From: an uncultured Clostridium sp.
GTDB lineage: Bacteria; Bacillota; Clostridia; TANB77; CAG-508
Direction of reading: 5' to 3'
NCBI GenBank assembly: GCA_900553945.1
Contig: USFR01000004.1
Span: forward strand, 60,161-124,160
DNA length: 64,000 nt
In this document: one piece after another, positions 23,311 through 32,961 of the stretch
Position numbering within the stretch: position 1 is the first letter of the stretch
How the letters are laid out: every line of letters begins with the position of its first letter
Position numbers and translations under genes: made by a program
The notes under the pieces: model-generated
What the model was told of the DNA's origin: nothing
Databases searched by the model: none
The model's input: the letters and a program-made list of their open reading frames with translations, nothing else

Positions 23311-23387
23311 GGCCCGGTAGTTCAGTTGGTTAGAACGCTAGCCTGTCACGCTAGAGGTCGACGGTTCGAGCCCGTTCCGGGTCGCCA
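23311..23387 (+). tRNA. tRNA-Asp (anticodon GUC)
   Basis: GGCCCGGTAGTTCAGTTGGTTAGAAC...CCTGTCACG...GGTTCGAGCCCGTTCCGGGTCGCCA. Confidence 0.85.
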
Positions 23388-23428
23388 GAAACTATCTAGA
23401 TTCCTAGATAGTTTTAATTTTTATTTTT

Positions 23429-23504
<76 letters not shown>

Positions 23505-23518
23505 CTGTTTAAAAAACT

Positions 23519-23570
23519 TAGAGTATTAATGATTTGAAGAATTTCATTGATACTCTTTTTTTTTTAAATT
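23519..23570 (+). terminator. Rho-independent terminator after the tRNA operon
   Basis: agagtattaatga...tcattgatactct stem followed by a T9 run. Confidence 0.6.
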
Positions 23571-23728
23571 ATCACATTAGTTTAGAATAAGGACACTGCT
23601 ATGTCAATAGTTGGGGTGAAATTTTAAAAAAAGTATTTCATCTAAATATTTTTGAGTTTCTAATTTTAAAATATGTTTTTTGTGTCTAAAAATGTTGCAT
23701 AGATTGAAAAATATAGTTATAATACATT

Positions 23729-24238
23729 TTGTGGGAAGATAGAGAAAAAGGAATGATATATAATATGAAAAAAAATAGTCGAATTATTGTATTAATTTTA
23801 TTTGTAATAATTGTAATAGCTGCAGTGTTAGGAATTTTCGTATACAACAAGGAGCACAATGTTCAGACTAATAAGAAGGAAGCTGAAGAATTAGTTGAAG
23901 AAACAGCTAATATTAGTGATTTTAAGAATAAATTGCAAGAAGCTGGACTTGATATTACAGCTGAAGCTGAAAATACTGAATGTGAATTAATAGGTGCAAG
24001 TGAAGGTGAATCATATATGATTTCTGATTCTTTAATTCAAGTGTATAAATTTGATTCTACAAAGTCAGATGAGTTAACAGTTTCTAATTTGAAAAAGGCG
24101 AAAGAAGAAGGAAAAGTTGTAATGCCATCTTTTAATAATTATGAACTTAAGGTTGTTTATAATAAGGGATTGATTTTAGTAAATGTTGAGGATCATCCTG
24201 ATAAGGATAAAATTATTGAGGTGTTTAATAATTTGTAA
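23729..24238 (+). CDS. hypothetical membrane-anchored protein
   Basis: N-terminal TM helix (IIVLILFVIIVIAAVLGIFVY). Followed by hairpin terminator 24252-24292. Confidence 0.4.
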   Translation: MWEDREKGMIYNMKKNSRIIVLILFVIIVIAAVLGIFVYNKEHNVQTNKKEAEELVEETANISDFKNKLQEAGLDITAEAENTECELIGASEGESYMISDSLIQVYKFDSTKSDELTVSNLKKAKEEGKVVMPSFNNYELKVVYNKGLILVNVEDHPDKDKIIEVFNNL

Positions 24239-24315
24239 TTTTAAATTTTGTGTGACCTTTATTACGATGAGTAATAGAGGTCTTTTTATTGTATTAACTT
24301 CAAAAAGTCATATTA

Positions 24316-24482
24316 TTTTTTTTCGCACCTTGCTGTCGCATTCCTCGGTTTTTTGAAAATAAAAAATGTCAATTTTGATGTTATCTACATCACATTGACA
24401 TTTTCTAATTTTCAAACCGGGTAGAATGCTTCAATCGAGCTCACTACGTTTGCTTGGTCCCTGCGCGGTGATTCAAAAAATT
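24316..24482. repeat. intergenic repeat element, long copy
   Basis: Shares ~130 nt of flanks with 60241-60392 (CTTGCTGTCGCATTC...GGGTAGAATGCTTCAATCGAGCTC...GGTCCCTGCGCGGTGATTCAAAAA). The central hairpin has a different sequence. Confidence 0.5.
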
Positions 24483-24573
24483 AATATGATTTTTTGAAGT
24501 TAGTAGCAATAAGAAATAATGTTTGATTATGAATGGATTATATGATAAAATTTCTTTGTAATTTTTTAGTAGA

Positions 24574-25794
24574 ATGGGTGAAATTATGAAGAAAAAAATT
24601 TTATTAATAATAATTTTGGCGATTTTGATAATTTTAGGAATACATTTTGTTCAAACAAAGTGGAAACATAATGAAGTAAATCAAAGTAATGAAAATTCAA
24701 CTAAAGTAAGTGAAGTTGAACCACAAAAAGAAGACATTACAATTAATATGACAGTAGCAGGAGATGTACTTTGTCATAATACTAATTTTTTTGATGCATA
24801 TAATGCTTCAACAGATTCATACGATTTTTCATACACATTTGAAGATATAAAAAAATATTTTGATAATGCTGATATTGCAATTGGAACTCTAGAAGCTAAT
24901 TTTGCTGGTAAAGCAGCAGGGTATAGCAATTATCCTTTATTTAATGCACCAGAGCAATTAGCTACTGATTTAAAAGAATTGGGATTTGATGTTTTAGCCA
25001 CAGCGAATAACCATTGTTTAGATAAAGGCTTTTCAGGTATGGTAAATACATTAGCAGAACTTGATAAGGCTGGAATTGAGCATATGGGAACTTATGCTAC
25101 AGAAGAGGATAGCGAAAAATATTTAATTAAAGATGTTAATGGAATTAAAATGGCGTTTTTAGATTATACATATGGAACTAATGGAATTGAATTACCTAAA
25201 GGAAAAGAATTTGCTATTAATATGATTGATAAAGATAAAATAAAGAAAGATATTGAAAAGGTTAAGAAGGAAAATGTTGATGTAGTTTGTGTGAATATGC
25301 ATTGGGGACAAGAATATAAATTAACACCAACATCTGAGCAAGAAGAATTGGCTGATTTCTTATTTCAAAATGGAGCAGATTTAATATTAGGAAGTCATAC
25401 GCATTGCTTAGAGCCTATGGAAAAAAGGACAGTAACAATGCCAGATGGAACGACTAAAGATGGATTTGTTATTTATTCATTAGGAAATTTTATGTCTGGT
25501 CAAAAGGCTGATAATTCAAGACAATCTGTTATTTTAGATATTAAATTAACTAAAGCAGGCAAGGACGGAAAAATTAGTATAGATTCAGTTACATACACAC
25601 CAATTTATATGTATAATTATTACACGTCAAAATCAGCACATAGATTTAAAGTTATGGATATAGAAGCTGAAATTGCTAAATATGAAGCAGGTGATACAAA
25701 GATAGGTGCAACTATGTACAACACTTTGAAAAAGGAATTACAAGGCGTTTACAAGGTTGTTGGAGATGAAATATTGCCAGAGGAAAAGGAGTAG
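24574..25794 (+). CDS. CapA/PgsA-family metallophosphatase-like protein (poly-gamma-glutamate biosynthesis family), membrane anchored
   Basis: N-terminal TM, then the calcineurin-like region (MTVAGDVLCHN...ATANNHCLD...GSHTHC). Confidence 0.6.
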   Translation: MGEIMKKKILLIIILAILIILGIHFVQTKWKHNEVNQSNENSTKVSEVEPQKEDITINMTVAGDVLCHNTNFFDAYNASTDSYDFSYTFEDIKKYFDNADIAIGTLEANFAGKAAGYSNYPLFNAPEQLATDLKELGFDVLATANNHCLDKGFSGMVNTLAELDKAGIEHMGTYATEEDSEKYLIKDVNGIKMAFLDYTYGTNGIELPKGKEFAINMIDKDKIKKDIEKVKKENVDVVCVNMHWGQEYKLTPTSEQEELADFLFQNGADLILGSHTHCLEPMEKRTVTMPDGTTKDGFVIYSLGNFMSGQKADNSRQSVILDIKLTKAGKDGKISIDSVTYTPIYMYNYYTSKSAHRFKVMDIEAEIAKYEAGDTKIGATMYNTLKKELQGVYKVVGDEILPEEKE

Positions 25795-25797
25795 AAA

Positions 25798-26352
25798 ATG
25801 AAAGAGGAATTTATTAGTTTATTAAGAAGTACAAATAGGGAAGGAATTGAGGAAGTAATTCAATTTTTAGAAAAATCAGATTTTTATAAAGCACCAGCAA
25901 GTACAAGATTTCATGGAAGTTTTGAGGGTGGTTTATTAGAACATAGTATGAAGGTATATGAGATATTAAAACACAAAGTTAAAAATTCTGTATTGGATTT
26001 AAATGTTTCAGATGATACTTTAATTATAATTGCGTTGTTGCATGATATTTGTAAGGTTAATTTTTACAAAGTAGATTACAGAAATGCTAAAAATGAAAGA
26101 GGAGAATGGGAGAAGGTTCCTTATTATACAGTTGATGATACAATTCCATATGGACATGGTGAGAAGTCTGTTATGATGATTACAGAGTATATGAAATTAA
26201 CTGTTGAAGAGAAATATTGCATTCGTTGGCATATGGGATTTACAGAACCAAAAGAAGCTTATAATACTTTGGGACAAGCTTTTAAGAAATTCCCACTTGC
26301 TTTGATTTTACATGAAGCAGATTTAGAAGCAACTTATTTTTATAATATATAG
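25798..26352 (+). CDS. HD-domain phosphohydrolase
   Basis: H..H...LLHDICK motif. Confidence 0.55.
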   Translation: MKEEFISLLRSTNREGIEEVIQFLEKSDFYKAPASTRFHGSFEGGLLEHSMKVYEILKHKVKNSVLDLNVSDDTLIIIALLHDICKVNFYKVDYRNAKNERGEWEKVPYYTVDDTIPYGHGEKSVMMITEYMKLTVEEKYCIRWHMGFTEPKEAYNTLGQAFKKFPLALILHEADLEATYFYNI

Positions 26353-26580
26353 AGAGTGTGTAGAAAGAATAAATAATATAAATAGGAATATAATACTACC
26401 GTATGTGGTAGTATTTCTTTTATGGAATGTAAGATGAAAATTAATTGATACTTGTTTAAATGCACAAGATCAATATGCAAGAATGATTGAATATTATTTA
26501 GGATGATTTCAAAGTGCAATTTTTAGTATTTCAAAGTGCAAAATTTGCACTTTGAAATTGCTTTGGGAAAAATAAAAGAG

Positions 26581-26614
26581 CTGGTATGCAAAATGATGCA
26601 TCCAGTTTTTTTTG
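26581..26614 (+). terminator. Rho-independent terminator
   Basis: gctggtatgca...tgcatccag followed by a T8 run. A 30-bp perfect palindrome (atttcaaagtgcaaa|atttgcactttgaaat) lies at 26524-26553. Confidence 0.5.
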
Positions 26615-26694
26615 TTTCTCTTGTTCATTTTTTTTCGATATGTTATATTAAATGTAGTTTGATATGAGATTAACAAAAGAAAAGAGGAAAAAGC

Positions 26695-26892
26695 GTGAAT
26701 AAAGTGGTGGAAGAGAATAAAATTGCACAACAAAATGTTTTAAAAAGTTTTTGCACGAAATTTCTAGGTCAAGAAAGTATAATAATTAAACCAGAGGATA
26801 TAGATTTCATAAAAGATTGTTTACGAAAAATAGTAACTTATGAAAAAAATATATTAGATGAACAGTATGAAGATTCAAAAAAAATGATTTAG
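26695..26892 (+). CDS. N-terminal segment of an ORF interrupted by an in-frame TAG (continues as 26896-28653 in the same frame)
   Basis: GTG start with AGAGGAAA RBS. The TAG at 26890-26892 is in frame with the downstream 585-codon ORF. Confidence 0.35.
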   Translation: MNKVVEENKIAQQNVLKSFCTKFLGQESIIIKPEDIDFIKDCLRKIVTYEKNILDEQYEDSKKMI

Positions 26893-26895
26893 ATT

Positions 26896-28653
26896 TTGAT
26901 TTTGAAGAAATGCGGTAGTGACTCAGGATATTTTAGTAAAGCGCATGGTAATTGTTTTGTTAGATTAAATGAAAATATGTATTGGCCAGTACTTTATTCT
27001 AGAGATGAACTAGCTAGTACATTTTTATCACAATTAGATACTGTATTTCATGAACTAAATCATTTCGAACAGGTTTTAAAGATGAAATCTGATAAATATG
27101 TTTCTTATAATAATTATAGAATGGCTCAGGAAGAAATTACTACATCAGATACAATATATGAAGATAATTATTGGAATATGCTACTTGAAATGGAAAGTAG
27201 ATTGGCTGGCAAAAGAAGAGTTGAAGAATTGATAAAAAGTTTAGGAGATAATTATGAATTTAAAGATTTGCTAGAGCAAAATATGGAGAGAACGGATAAA
27301 GAGGGATATATAGAAAATGTTCATGAGGTGACACCAAAATTGATACATGAAGAAGGATTTCAAGAGGGAGAAGCGGCTAGAAATCAATTATTACATGAAC
27401 GTATAGCTGGCCGTCCACAGTATTTAAAGGAATATCCAATATTAAGGTATAGATATAATGAAGATGGTTCTAGAAAAAAGATTTTGGATATTGTGAATGA
27501 TTTGTCTGAATATGCAAATGACGGGGAAAAAATAAAAATTCTTATTGAAACTCTTACAGAAGCGGTAGAGGAAGCAACAATAGATGAATTAAAAGAAGTT
27601 GAAGCAACTTATCCAGGTTCAGCAAGTTATATATATGAATTTTTATATGATGAAAATGAAATAAGATTTAAGCAAGAAAAAGAAATGATAAAGAATTTGA
27701 AGAAACAGAATTTGTTTTTTGGTACTGAAAATGATAAGTTTATTGATCAGAATTTAGAGCAAATTTTGGAGAGCAAATATAAAAGAAGATTTGAAATGCT
27801 AGAAATGTATCAAGACGGCAGATATGAGGAAGGATATGAATTAATAAATTATAATTTACAAAAAGGAGTAGATGTACCGTTAAGAGAAGATAATGTTTCA
27901 GATGTAGAGAATAATATACGTCATTTATTTGTTAGAGAAAATTTTATAGATGTGTATAATAAGACAGAGTCAGAGATAGATTTTAAAAATAGAGAATTTA
28001 ATGAGGATGTTAAAATAAGTTATGTGCTTAATGCAGTTGCAACAGGGAAGATTCCAAGTAGACTTTTTCATAGAATAGCTAGAACGTTTCCGAGATTTAC
28101 AAGAAATAATTTTAAAGAGTTAGCTGCAGTTTTTAAGGTAGCTGAGGATTTGACGTTACCTGGAGGAAAAAATTATGTGACTGAGTTATATAATATTCCA
28201 GATGTGCAGAAAATTGTGGAGAAAATGTTTGAATCTGATGTATATAAGGAAATTGTTGAAGAAAGCAAGTTAAGTTCACAACCAGAGAGAAAAACTCAAT
28301 TGGATTTGGATTATGAGATAGCAGATGAGTATTTACGTTACTTAGAATCTCCAGAAGATGAATTGAGTGAGTATGTGACAAATGATATTCCTACGATAGG
28401 TGAGAATGTGCCAGAAGCGGATAAGGCGATGTGGAAAATTACAACGATTCAAAAAGGATATTTAGTATCAGTTGAAGATGGGGATTGGGCAAGAAGCAGA
28501 GAACCGGTGTATTTAAAAAGTAGAAGAGATTTGATAATGGAAGATGCTGTTAGAGAAGCGATAAGAAGAAATGTTTCTTTTAATCAAGTGCAGGGTGTTA
28601 ATTTTAAAGAGGAACAAACACAAAATAAAGAAGGAGTTGATCAAGATGACTAG
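26896..28653 (+). CDS. hypothetical protein with HExxH motif (HELNH); same frame as 26695 ORF
   Basis: 585-aa ORF with an acidic C-terminus. The only start at 26896 is TTG, with no RBS. Confidence 0.45.
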   Translation: MILKKCGSDSGYFSKAHGNCFVRLNENMYWPVLYSRDELASTFLSQLDTVFHELNHFEQVLKMKSDKYVSYNNYRMAQEEITTSDTIYEDNYWNMLLEMESRLAGKRRVEELIKSLGDNYEFKDLLEQNMERTDKEGYIENVHEVTPKLIHEEGFQEGEAARNQLLHERIAGRPQYLKEYPILRYRYNEDGSRKKILDIVNDLSEYANDGEKIKILIETLTEAVEEATIDELKEVEATYPGSASYIYEFLYDENEIRFKQEKEMIKNLKKQNLFFGTENDKFIDQNLEQILESKYKRRFEMLEMYQDGRYEEGYELINYNLQKGVDVPLREDNVSDVENNIRHLFVRENFIDVYNKTESEIDFKNREFNEDVKISYVLNAVATGKIPSRLFHRIARTFPRFTRNNFKELAAVFKVAEDLTLPGGKNYVTELYNIPDVQKIVEKMFESDVYKEIVEESKLSSQPERKTQLDLDYEIADEYLRYLESPEDELSEYVTNDIPTIGENVPEADKAMWKITTIQKGYLVSVEDGDWARSREPVYLKSRRDLIMEDAVREAIRRNVSFNQVQGVNFKEEQTQNKEGVDQDD

Positions 28654-29083
28654 TACATACAGTAGAGCGTGTACAGAGGCGTTAGCAATTATAGATTGTT
28701 TAGCTGATGAGGAATATAATAAGATTCCGATTGAGAAGTTGAGATTTTTGGAGAATAATTGCGATTCAAGTTATTTGTTTAAAATTGATTCGGATGTTGA
28801 GCTAGCGGAGCAGAATGTTATGGATGAGACTTATGCGATTTTGCTTGCAATTTATAGGGATGACTTTGCAACGGAGAATCAGAAGAAGATTTTGAATACG
28901 TTGTTGATTCAGAATTTTAATGAGAAGGAAGAGGAGAAAAAGGAGAAGTATACGAAGTATCAGGAGTTACATGGGGAGGTTCACAAGGTTGAGGAGAGTG
29001 TGTCTGAGGTGGCTTTGGTGAGTGTTGAGAAGAAGTGGTATACGAAAGTATTTGAGTTTGTGAAGAGGATGCTTGGAAAGTGA
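28646..29083 (+). CDS. hypothetical protein
   Basis: AAGGAG RBS lies 8 nt before ATG at 28646. Overlaps the upstream stop. Confidence 0.45.
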   Translation: MTSTYSRACTEALAIIDCLADEEYNKIPIEKLRFLENNCDSSYLFKIDSDVELAEQNVMDETYAILLAIYRDDFATENQKKILNTLLIQNFNEKEEEKKEKYTKYQELHGEVHKVEESVSEVALVSVEKKWYTKVFEFVKRMLGK

Positions 29084-29339
29084 GAGAAGAGCTTTAGAAG
29101 CGGATGAGTGATGTTTGAAAATGAAATTGAGTGAAGATGAATGGGTTTGTGGAATGGAAGAGTTACAATAGAATGTAGCTCTTTTTTTCCTTTTGGTAGA
29201 GGAGTAGTTGATGACGGATTTTTTGAAAGTTTGGAGTGGAAAAATTCGATAAAATACGACCAGATTTTGTTAATTTCATTGTCAATTTTTAGAATTTATG
29301 GTATAAAGAAGGTGGAATTTAATTATTTGGGAGATTGAG

Positions 29340-29831
29340 ATGAGAGATTATACAAATAAAGAAGTAAAATATGAAGGATGTCCAGGATGTGCTTTTGCCA
29401 AGCACGAATTTGAGTTGCCTTGTGGGATAGCTTATGAGAATGAAAGATTTACACTAGCACAAGATTGGGAATTGCCAATTGAAGGCTTTATGATAGTTTC
29501 ACCTAAAAGACATATTGAAAAATTGAGTGAGCTTTCGAGAGATGAGAGAATTGAAATGTTTGATATAGTTGATAGAACTATTAAGATTTTGAGAGAGAAT
29601 GGTGTTTGCGAAAACTTCGATGTGATTTTTGAAGAGAGAGCGGATAGACATTTGCATGTATGGATCATGCCTAGACATGAATGGATGATGGAGATTTGCG
29701 AGGATATTATTGATAATGTAGGCGTTGTGTGTGAGTTCGCGAAGGAGAGATTTAGGACGGATGAGGTTTATGAGAGGATTGCTGAGGTTAGTGAGATTGT
29801 GAGAGAAGGATTTGAGAAGAGAGAGAGGTAA
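29340..29831 (+). CDS. HIT-like (histidine-triad/GalT-like) family protein
   Basis: CPGC near the N-terminus. HLHVWIMPRH near the C-terminus resembles an HxHxH-type triad. Weak call. Confidence 0.4.
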   Translation: MRDYTNKEVKYEGCPGCAFAKHEFELPCGIAYENERFTLAQDWELPIEGFMIVSPKRHIEKLSELSRDERIEMFDIVDRTIKILRENGVCENFDVIFEERADRHLHVWIMPRHEWMMEICEDIIDNVGVVCEFAKERFRTDEVYERIAEVSEIVREGFEKRER

Positions 29832-30727
29832 TGGATGATTTAGTGAATTTGGTAGTTACTGCTAGAAGTGAAGCGGAGTGTTTAAATTTTTTGAGGCTAA
29901 TTTATGAAGGAAAAGAGTATACTTGTGATGACTTGAAGAAGTATGTGAATGAGAATGGATTGAATTTTGATACGTTTTTGAAAGAAACAACAATAAAATA
30001 TAGAGGTAATTCAAAGAAATATTTAGAGTATGTAGATGGATTTAATGAAATTGGTTTTAAATTGCCTGCATCAGAATTATATCTGAATAAATATTCAATT
30101 GATTTGAGATATTATCGTGATATTCAGAAGGCATTGATGATTAATTTTATTGAAAGAATTGAAGATGCTTTGTCTAATGCTAAGATTTATATTGGACAAG
30201 CTTTGTGGGTTTTGCCTGATAATTATGATGAGAGTTATGTTATTACATATAATAAGAGGACGCTTAGTTTTGAGAATGCTTGTATGAGTTTATATAGTTG
30301 TTATGATTATATGTTGTGCTTGGTTTATTCTTATTATAAATATAAGGAGTTAATTACTGGAGATAAGGATTTTGAGATACTTCTTAAAGAAGCAAAGTAT
30401 AGTAGAGTTAAAAAGATGCTGACAGAAGAGATAAAAGATGAGCGAGCTTTGAGAATATTGAAAATATTAGATGATTTGTTGGTTAAGATTACTCAGGTTC
30501 GTGATTGGTGTAATGCGGTGAAGCATAGAGGTGGTATTGAGTATTATGGATTGAAGCCTAAGCATCTTTTTAGGGTGGAGGTTAGTGTTCATGGAAAAAA
30601 GGTGGATACTACGAATTTGTTTAGGTTGCCAGTTGTAGATATTGATGAGAAGATGGAGAGTGTTATGATGGCGTATGTGGCGACGTATGAAGCTGTTCAG
30701 AAGATTGTGATAAAATTAGAAAGATAG
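29831..30727 (+). CDS. hypothetical protein
   Basis: 298 aa. ATGG overlap with the upstream gene. Confidence 0.45.
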   Translation: MDDLVNLVVTARSEAECLNFLRLIYEGKEYTCDDLKKYVNENGLNFDTFLKETTIKYRGNSKKYLEYVDGFNEIGFKLPASELYLNKYSIDLRYYRDIQKALMINFIERIEDALSNAKIYIGQALWVLPDNYDESYVITYNKRTLSFENACMSLYSCYDYMLCLVYSYYKYKELITGDKDFEILLKEAKYSRVKKMLTEEIKDERALRILKILDDLLVKITQVRDWCNAVKHRGGIEYYGLKPKHLFRVEVSVHGKKVDTTNLFRLPVVDIDEKMESVMMAYVATYEAVQKIVIKLER

Positions 30728-30839
30728 AGGAATAGGTTATATATTTGATGATAAGAGTTGTTTTGAAAATGAATTATATGTGTAGAGAATTGATTTATAA
30801 AAATAGTTGAAAATATAAAAAAATAAGAAGACTCATAAC

Positions 30840-30884
30840 TCGAAGGTCGTAAGTTCGAGTCCTGCCTTCGCAACCAACGAAATT
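30840..30884 (+). other. 3' tRNA fragment (T-arm + acceptor 3' strand + ACCA): probable att-site remnant of an integrated island
   Basis: CGAAG|GTC|GTAAG-TTCGAGT-CCTGC|CTTCGCA-A-CCA. T-loop TTCGAGT. The acceptor strand partly pairs with upstream CGAAG. No D-arm or anticodon arm. Confidence 0.45.
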
Positions 30885-31005
30885 ATTAGAGTCGCAAGAG
30901 ATTGAAGACCAATTATTTTTGGCGTGAAAGTTTGAGAGTATTAAAAATACTATAAAAATATGGAAATAATTTGCTTTTTCGGATATAATTCAAAAGAATA
31001 AATAT

Positions 31006-32079
31006 TTGGGGGTGAATATTATTAAAAAGACTACTACAGAATATAGAGAATGGAAGAAACGAAACGATGTAAAAAAACAGAGAAACAGAGCAAAACACAA
31101 AAAGAAAAAAAGTAATAATAGTTATTCAATTAGTAACAAAAGTTCTACGTTTCAACCGTATAAAACATTTACAGTTCCACAAGTATTTAGTATAATAGAA
31201 AATCCAGAGCAAACTATAAAATTTTTTAATTCGATATTAGAAATAATTGAAAAGATACGAAAAATGGTTAAGCAAAGAAAAAATAAGCAATCTATGTATT
31301 TTTTCAGAATTGATATGAAAGAAGTAAAAAAGATTACAGGAGATGCTTTAATGTATTTACTGACAGTAATAAAAAATACGAGAGGTAAGAAGAGTCTTCC
31401 TGTAAATTGGATAGGAAATTTTCCAAAAGATATGGAAATAAGAGAATTTCTACAAGCATCTGGTTATTTAGAATATATGAAAACTGATAAAAAAAATTTA
31501 ATAAAAACTAATGAGAAAATACAAATAAGAACAGGAAAAAATTATGTATATGCAGATAATAAAGACATTAGAAAAGAAGTTGTTGATTTTACAGTTGAAA
31601 AGTTAAATAAAAATAAAAAAGAAATGTTATTTCTATTTAATATATTGACTGAAGTTATCACTAATATAGAACATGCATATAATATAAAAGATGATTTGAT
31701 CTTTGACCCATCTTGGTATATAATGGTAGAAAATAATTTTGATAAAATAAAATATACTTTTATGGATAACGGCTTAGGAATACCAACAACTGTTAAGAAA
31801 AAAGCATTTGAGGAAATATTAAAGAAGTTTAATATAGATACAGAATATAAATATATAAAATCAGCTTTAGATGGGTCATATAAAAGAACTCAAACAGAAA
31901 AAAGAGAAAGAAGTACAGGATTACCAGATGTTTATGAAAAACTAAAGAATAAAAAGATATGTAATTTAATTATAATTTCAAATAGTGCATATTATTGCGA
32001 AGATAATCCGAGGGATATTAATGAAAATTTAATTGGAACAATTATATGTTGGGAAATAAAAAAGGAGAAGAGTGTATGA
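31006..32079 (+). CDS. GHKL-superfamily (HATPase_c-like) ATPase
   Basis: N-box-like LTEVITNIEHA, G1 box DNGLGIP, G2-like RSTGLPDV. The start is uncertain (TTG at 31006; internal Met candidates). The stop overlaps the next ATG (ATGA). Confidence 0.55.
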   Translation: MGVNIIKKTTTEYREWKKRNDVKKQRNRAKHKKKKSNNSYSISNKSSTFQPYKTFTVPQVFSIIENPEQTIKFFNSILEIIEKIRKMVKQRKNKQSMYFFRIDMKEVKKITGDALMYLLTVIKNTRGKKSLPVNWIGNFPKDMEIREFLQASGYLEYMKTDKKNLIKTNEKIQIRTGKNYVYADNKDIRKEVVDFTVEKLNKNKKEMLFLFNILTEVITNIEHAYNIKDDLIFDPSWYIMVENNFDKIKYTFMDNGLGIPTTVKKKAFEEILKKFNIDTEYKYIKSALDGSYKRTQTEKRERSTGLPDVYEKLKNKKICNLIIISNSAYYCEDNPRDINENLIGTIICWEIKKEKSV

Positions 32080-32411
32080 TAATAAAAATAGCAGAAGATT
32101 ATACAGAAACACCAGGAGCTAGATATTATGAGCAAGGACCATTTCCTGGGGAAGAATTTAGAGATAAATATTTATATCCAAAATATTTAGAGTGCTTAGA
32201 AAAAAAAGAAGAGCTTATTGTTGATTTAGACGGGGGGTATGGATATGGTTCATCTTTTTTAGAGGAAGCTTTTGGAGGATTAATTAGAAGATTAAAAAAA
32301 GAAGATAAAGAATATAAACCAGCACTAAAATTAATAAAAATTATTTCTAATGACGAGACATCATGGATAGAAAAAATAGATGGATATATGAAAGCAGAAA
32401 TAAATGTATAA
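32076..32411 (+). CDS. small STAS-like (DUF4325-type) protein, translationally coupled to the GHKL ATPase
   Basis: AAAGGAGAAG RBS, then ATG at 32076 overlapping the upstream TGA. The ~111-aa protein reads MIIKIAEDYTETPGARYY...IVDLDGGYGYGSSFLEEAFGG. Family assignment is from memory, not verified. Confidence 0.45.
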   Translation: MIIKIAEDYTETPGARYYEQGPFPGEEFRDKYLYPKYLECLEKKEELIVDLDGGYGYGSSFLEEAFGGLIRRLKKEDKEYKPALKLIKIISNDETSWIEKIDGYMKAEINV

Positions 32412-32424
32412 GTAGGGGGATAAG

Positions 32425-32961
32425 ATGAAGAATGCATGGAAAGTATTAGCTATTGTAGGAATAATAGTAATTTTTATAGTATTATCTGTAATTAGTTGTA
32501 TTTGTAATGGAATGTCTGAATTTTTTTCATTTAATTTAGTTGAGATATTAACATTAGGAATAGCTTCTATATTAATATATTATTTAACAGAAAAGAATAA
32601 TGATAAAAGAAAGAAAAATGAAAAAATAGAAAATCTAATAATAGAAATAAGTTCAAAATTAAATAGCATTTCTCTACAGATACCTTCAAAAGGAAAACAA
32701 AAAGAGTATTTATATTGCTTTAAATATATATCTAATAAATTCAATGTTCTAAAATTATTGATTGAAAAAGATGACGAAAGAAATTTGGAAAATGCAGAAA
32801 AAGAATTTGAAAATCTAAGAGTGTTTATAACTGATAATATTAATCAAGATGAATCATATTTTGAAAATTTAAAAGATAAAATACCTAACTATGTTAGTAA
32901 TATAGATACATTTCTAGATAAGATAATCGTTAACATATATAAGCAAAATAGTAGCAAATAA
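32425..32961 (+). CDS. membrane protein with one N-terminal TM helix and coiled-coil tail
   Basis: AWKVLAIVGIIVIFIVLSVISCIC TM segment. 14 nt downstream of the STAS-like gene. Terminator hairpin tagtagca/tgctacta plus T run at 32946-32985. Confidence 0.45.
   Translation: MKNAWKVLAIVGIIVIFIVLSVISCICNGMSEFFSFNLVEILTLGIASILIYYLTEKNNDKRKKNEKIENLIIEISSKLNSISLQIPSKGKQKEYLYCFKYISNKFNVLKLLIEKDDERNLENAEKEFENLRVFITDNINQDESYFENLKDKIPNYVSNIDTFLDKIIVNIYKQNSSK

Noticed and set aside
23108-23320. 70-aa + strand ORF
   Set aside because: Runs across the tRNA operon promoter, tRNA-Val and into tRNA-Asp, so it is an artefact of the tRNA sequence.
29141-29338. 65-aa ORF between the 145-aa gene and the HIT-like gene
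   Set aside because: No RBS, low-complexity sequence. The region more plausibly holds a promoter (TTGTCA, 17 nt, TATAAA at ~29277-29305) for the downstream genes.
30781-30900. Complete tRNA (e.g. tRNA-Met via CTCATAA loop)
   Set aside because: No D-arm or pairing anticodon stem can be drawn. Only the T-arm, acceptor 3' strand and ACCA are present, so it is scored as a fragment.
31006-32411. Sporulation spoIIAA-spoIIAB(-sigF) operon
   Set aside because: Gene order is the reverse of spoIIAA-spoIIAB (kinase first, STAS-like second) and no sigma factor follows. The context is a defense island with R-M and nucleases.
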